Origin: Nemertoderma westbladi
Lineage: Eukaryota; Animalia; Xenacoelomorpha
Length of the DNA: 64,000 bases
Assembly: GCA_032718475.1 (NCBI GenBank)
Contig: JAUCBJ010001793.1
Span: 20,227 to 84,226 of the forward strand
Direction: 5' to 3'
Part shown: positions 59,771 to 64,000 of the stretch, piece after piece
How positions within the stretch are numbered: the stretch's first letter is position 1
Layout of the letters: every line of letters begins with the position of its first letter
Notes under the pieces: model-generated
Seen by the model: only the letters and a program-made list of their open reading frames with translations
Told to the model about the DNA's origin: nothing
Databases searched by the model: none
Program-made: the position numbers and the translations under genes

Positions 59771-62700
59771 TTGCTGCTTTATCAAGTTAGAGAAAGAGTT
59801 CTACGAATCAGGCTAATATTATCGGCATTTGAGGAGGCTTCTAAACGAAGGCAAGACACGTCGTTGCAAGTTGCCGTAAAGACTTGGTTTCAAAGGGTGA
59901 GTCTCCAGGTTCAAGGAACAGCTCAGTGGAAAGCTCAGCTAGAGGAGCGCTCAACCCATGGAGAATCAACAGACGCTACTTTTTCCCAAGTGGAAAGTGA
60001 AGCGACGGCAGAGAAACCGCATAAGAGGGATGCCATTGACATCTATCTGTCAGACTATCAACGTTTTTTAGGTGATGACGAGTTGAGGAGAAGGTTAGAG
60101 GGACTTAGCCCTAATAGTGAAGGAACCAAGCTTGTGTTGGATGCCATCGATGTGGAAATGAGGGCTGCGAACCAGGCTAAATTTGATGAACAACTCCGCA
60201 TCACACGAGTCCAAGAAGAACAAGTCAAGAAAAAACGTATAGAAGACAGAAAGAAAGCAGCAGTAGCAGCTGCCGAAGCGGAAAGGAAAGTAGCCGAAGC
60301 TGAAAGAAAAGCGGCAGCGGCAGAGGCAGCGGCCGAGGCAAAAGCGGCAGCGGCAGAGGCAAAGGCGGCCGAAGCTGAAAGAAAAGCGGCAGCGGCAGAG
60401 GCAGCGGCAGAGGCAAAAGCGGCAGCGGCAGAGGCAAAAGCGGCCGAAGAGACCAACCAATTAGAATTGGAAAACATTCAAGAGAATCAAGACTGCATAA
60501 ATAAACAGTTAACGGCTAGCCATATGCAGATGATGAATCGATCTACTCCCAAAAGACAAGGTTATACATCATCTGAGGAAGGCGATACCACCGATACTGA
60601 AGGCAAAGGAAATGGATCTCGTCTAAGCCGACGTAAAAGAACATTCCACCGTCAGAAATTGCCTGATTTGCCTCCAGCTGTTAGAAGGCAACTAAATAAC
60701 ACCAACTTAGGCAGTACAGAACCCACAGACCAAATAATTAAAATAGAAAGACTCCCTACTATAGTAGATGAGCCTGAAATAATTAGGCCTGTTCTTGAAA
60801 TCACCCCTTCGGTGATAGACATACCTGTGCTCCCTGAGACTACCTCCAAATTCCCTTTGCATAGCACTAAGCTACCTGTGCCCCGTAGAACTGCCCCGGA
60901 TACAGTTCAGGTCCTGGACCCCGAGCGAATTATTCATAATTTGTCGCCCGTTGTCCCTCGTCCGCCCGCTACAACGTTGGCGACTCCCGCTTCGGCGGTC
61001 GAATGGGTGGACGAGAGACGACGGGGGATGGATATCCTGCTCGGGCAGATGCAGGAGACTGTCCAGCAGTTCAAGGGCACAGTAAGGGAAAGTAGACTAG
61101 AGTTGCAAGAAGTGCAGCAAAGTATCGCGTTAGAACGCGATAAATTAGTAAATACTCAAAGAGGTATACCACCACCCTCTGTAACAATGTGTCAACCTGT
61201 TAGGTCTGAAGTATCTCATGCGCAAGGTGTGGAGCCTACACGCATATATACTGCTAGCGAAGTAGAAACTCCTATAGTGAACCCTATTAAGGGTAATTAT
61301 AGACCTGTTGATAATGATATTCCCTATAGAACTGATCATAATCCGAGAAATTTATATACCGATAATTCGATATTAAATAGCACGATGGCCCAAGAAAGTT
61401 TTACGCGTCAAATGGCTAGAACCGAAGCCCGGCAAGCGGTAAAGGTTGGAGAGATCGTCAAGTTCAATGGAGATGAGATGAAATGGTTACCTTTTAATGA
61501 ATATTACAAAGATAACATACAGAACTCTGTACTATCTAATGGAGAAAAACTTAGATACCTCATCGAGTGCTTGGAAGGATCTCCCAAGTTAATGGCGTTA
61601 AAGTTTATTGGACATCCAGACGGATTAAGACAAGTTTGGGATACACTAAACATCAGGTATGGTAATAGGAATAATATCGCTGGGTACTTGTATGCAAAGT
61701 TAGTAGCGCCCCGAAAGTTTATTAGTAGCGGAATTATCGAGTTTTCCGATGAGATCCAGGAGATCTGCAGACAATTAGATTGGCTAGGTAAGTCTCATGA
61801 GTATCAGAACACTATGGTTATTAGAGCAGTGGCTTCTACTTTACCTAAAGGTGGAGTAGGTACACGCTGGGATAAGAAAGTGTTATATATGATGGAACAA
61901 CAACGGCGAGACCCTACCATGGCTGATCTCATGTCATTCCTAGATGGAGAAGTGAAATTACAGCTCCTGAAACTGTCTAGGGAGAAAACACCGGAAAACA
62001 AGGTAAGTGAAAAACCCGTCTCTAGGAGAAAAATAACACCAGTATGTTATACCGATGACGGCGAAAGCCAGACTTCACAAGGAGAAGATAGCGGGAAGGA
62101 CACGGATAGATCTTATTACGTGAATAAAATGCCTAAAGATCAGGTAAGTAAATTCAAGTCTCGAACAAATGACAGGAGAGAACAAGTAAGAAAAACTCCT
62201 CCCACGTCTCCCAAGAGAATTCAGGTGAGAAAGCCCGAAGAAAAGGCAAGTGTACACAATGTGACTCAGAATAAGGTAAGTAACATCAAACCAAAATGTG
62301 CGCTGTGTGACGGGACCCACTATTTGAATAGGTGTGATGAATTTCTAAAGAAATCATTAACGGAGAGACGCGAAGTTATGTGGGATAAGCGGTTATGTTA
62401 TAATTGCCTCAGACAAGGACACCAACGGCGTACCTGTTTCTCGGACATAAGATGTGCAAAGTGTGGTGCGAAACATCATATCTTGTTGCACGCTGAATTC
62501 GATCGAAATAGTCCGAATCAGGTAAGTGATTCCGAGCTACATGTCCAATTCAGTGATGTGAACGACACTGATCAATCTGAGATGGAAGGATTCTATACAG
62601 ATGAGTTCTCCGACGAAAACGAATCCTGTTACATGATAAATACCGCAGTGTATCGAGCACTCACATATGAAAAGGATCCAGACAACGACTTTACTCTAAC

Positions 62701-63550
62701 TACTTCTGAGCGACAACCATCTTGGAAAGAGCCATCTTCAAATGTAGGGATCCGAGAGTTTCCTGTGGTGCAAGTGAGGGTTCACGGACCTGAGAGGAGT
62801 TATGTAGTGAACGCCCTCCTTGACTCCGGTAGTACAGGAACATTCATCGACAAAGAGCTAGCCGAAGATATATTTGCTGGACAACCCAAGTTCCAAACTA
62901 AGCTCAACATGTCAGGCATTATGCAAGTTTGGAAATCTACAATAACAGCTGATTATTATGTAGGAGCGTTGTCCACCCCCCAGGACGAACTAGGAGAAAA
63001 CAGCATAAGGTCAGTGAAAATGGTGGCTATAAAGAACTTCGCTACTACTCAAGCAGACCTTTATAATTGGGACGAGGATGAGAGCATCCAACATCTTAAC
63101 ATACCTCGATTCCAGACTGATTATCCTGGAGTGCAAATACTCATCGGCCAAAACGCGCATGAGGCGCTGGAGACATTAGAGAAACGGCCTGCTCAACCGC
63201 AGCCCCTACAGACCTATGCGGTAAGAACTAGAGTAGGTTGGTATTTTACTGGCCCTTCCCGTAGAACACTCAGAGAAAGACTACCGCAAGAGAGCGTATG
63301 CCAGGTGAGTGAATGGGAAGATGATACCAGTGAGGGAGACAACTCAACTGAGGGAATTCCATACTCCTCAGATAATGACGATGTTCACCAGCTTTTTGAT
63401 GAGGAGAATACCATCGATCTCCTTAAGGAAAACGAGGCTTGGCAAAACCAAGTGAACTTATGTCAACTTCTCTATCCATCTGAACGAGAAGCTTACAACG
63501 ACGAGTTAAATGACGTCATTGAGCGTCTGCAATGCCAAGACTCGAGATGA
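59771..63550 (+). CDS. BEL/Pao Gag-protease region (DUF1759-like, three zinc knuckles, aspartic protease)
   Basis: KFNGDEMKWLPF...LSNGEKLRYLIECLEG; CALCDGTHYLNRC, CYNCLRQGHQRRTC, CAKCGAKHHILLH; ALLDSGS; ILIG; AVRTRVGWYFTG. Confidence 0.92.
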   Translation: MLLYQVRERVLRIRLILSAFEEASKRRQDTSLQVAVKTWFQRVSLQVQGTAQWKAQLEERSTHGESTDATFSQVESEATAEKPHKRDAIDIYLSDYQRFLGDDELRRRLEGLSPNSEGTKLVLDAIDVEMRAANQAKFDEQLRITRVQEEQVKKKRIEDRKKAAVAAAEAERKVAEAERKAAAAEAAAEAKAAAAEAKAAEAERKAAAAEAAAEAKAAAAEAKAAEETNQLELENIQENQDCINKQLTASHMQMMNRSTPKRQGYTSSEEGDTTDTEGKGNGSRLSRRKRTFHRQKLPDLPPAVRRQLNNTNLGSTEPTDQIIKIERLPTIVDEPEIIRPVLEITPSVIDIPVLPETTSKFPLHSTKLPVPRRTAPDTVQVLDPERIIHNLSPVVPRPPATTLATPASAVEWVDERRRGMDILLGQMQETVQQFKGTVRESRLELQEVQQSIALERDKLVNTQRGIPPPSVTMCQPVRSEVSHAQGVEPTRIYTASEVETPIVNPIKGNYRPVDNDIPYRTDHNPRNLYTDNSILNSTMAQESFTRQMARTEARQAVKVGEIVKFNGDEMKWLPFNEYYKDNIQNSVLSNGEKLRYLIECLEGSPKLMALKFIGHPDGLRQVWDTLNIRYGNRNNIAGYLYAKLVAPRKFISSGIIEFSDEIQEICRQLDWLGKSHEYQNTMVIRAVASTLPKGGVGTRWDKKVLYMMEQQRRDPTMADLMSFLDGEVKLQLLKLSREKTPENKVSEKPVSRRKITPVCYTDDGESQTSQGEDSGKDTDRSYYVNKMPKDQVSKFKSRTNDRREQVRKTPPTSPKRIQVRKPEEKASVHNVTQNKVSNIKPKCALCDGTHYLNRCDEFLKKSLTERREVMWDKRLCYNCLRQGHQRRTCFSDIRCAKCGAKHHILLHAEFDRNSPNQVSDSELHVQFSDVNDTDQSEMEGFYTDEFSDENESCYMINTAVYRALTYEKDPDNDFTLTTSERQPSWKEPSSNVGIREFPVVQVRVHGPERSYVVNALLDSGSTGTFIDKELAEDIFAGQPKFQTKLNMSGIMQVWKSTITADYYVGALSTPQDELGENSIRSVKMVAIKNFATTQADLYNWDEDESIQHLNIPRFQTDYPGVQILIGQNAHEALETLEKRPAQPQPLQTYAVRTRVGWYFTGPSRRTLRERLPQESVCQVSEWEDDTSEGDNSTEGIPYSSDNDDVHQLFDEENTIDLLKENEAWQNQVNLCQLLYPSEREAYNDELNDVIERLQCQDSR

Positions 63551-64000
63551 ACATGCTGTACGATTCTTTACGCAAGAGGCGGTAGAGCCCAATTCCTACG
63601 ATAAAGCCTTGTCGGTGGAAGAGGAAAGGGCCAAACAGATCCAAGAGACAACTACACGTTTCCTCAAAGATCAAGGTAGGTATGAAGTCGGTCTACCTTT
63701 CCGCAAGAGAGAACCGAAGTTCATCAATAACAGACCCCTGGCGGAAAAAAGAATCGCGCAACTCCATCGACGCCTTACAGCTAATTCTTCAGCCAAAGCA
63801 ATGTATCAAACACAGCTGGAAAAATTTATTAATAAGGGATACGCGGAGAGAGTACCGGAAGAAACACCTGTGACTGAAAGAACGTATTACTTAACTCACC
63901 ATTACGTTCCTAAACCCGGTAAACCACACGAAGTGAGAGTAGTGTTTGATGGCTCCGCTCTTTACATGGGTCAATCCCTTAACTCTGAATTGTTACCCGG
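63546..64000 (+). CDS. BEL/Pao reverse transcriptase N-terminus (+1 frame, runs off the window)
   Basis: LSVEEERA...GRYEVGLPFR...NNRPLAEKR...KGYAERVP...YYLTHH...VRVVFDGSA...SLNSELLP. Confidence 0.88.

Larger units (their letters stand above)
55846..64000 (+). mobile_element. BEL/Pao LTR retrotransposon, 5' half (putative LTR and long leader, gag, protease, start of RT)
   Basis: The coding part is clear from motifs. The 5' boundary is inferred from a TGT start immediately after the satellite; the LTR end and primer-binding site were not identified. Confidence 0.8.

Noticed and set aside
60058-60477. Ala-, Cys/Arg- and Pro/Leu-rich minus-strand ORFs
   Set aside because: Antisense shadows of the Ala-rich repeat in the BEL Gag.

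Overview
AT-rich animal (invertebrate-type) genomic DNA, dominated by repeats and with spliced genes; it is not prokaryotic. Genes found: (1) an intronless CYP2-clan cytochrome P450 on the minus strand, running off the left edge; (2) two 5' exons of an IRAK1BP1/SIMPL homolog on the minus strand, missed by the ORF track; (3) the first four coding exons of a stabilin-like EGF/FAS1 receptor on the plus strand (27.9-47.1 kb); (4) a complete 3-exon calmodulin-like gene nested antisense in intron 1 of that receptor; (5) an intronless CFAP119/CCDC189 gene with an upstream RFX X-box. The rest is LINEs (RTE, CR1/L2, RTEX-like, Proto2-like, a CRE-like fragment), many MITEs, at least seven tandem arrays and the 5' half of a BEL/Pao LTR retrotransposon. 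The most striking element is a set of four intact minimal type-I hammerhead ribozymes in stabilin intron 2, each joined to tRNA-like Pol III A/B boxes. Three form a ~340-bp 1.5-mer plus an inverted copy with a 12-13 bp target-site duplication (retrozyme/Penelope-like layout), with the hammerhead sitting between the A and B boxes in place of the anticodon arm. The fourth is an unrelated tRNA-head plus hammerhead cassette enclosed by inverted repeats. All family assignments come from motif recognition by eye; no database search was run.
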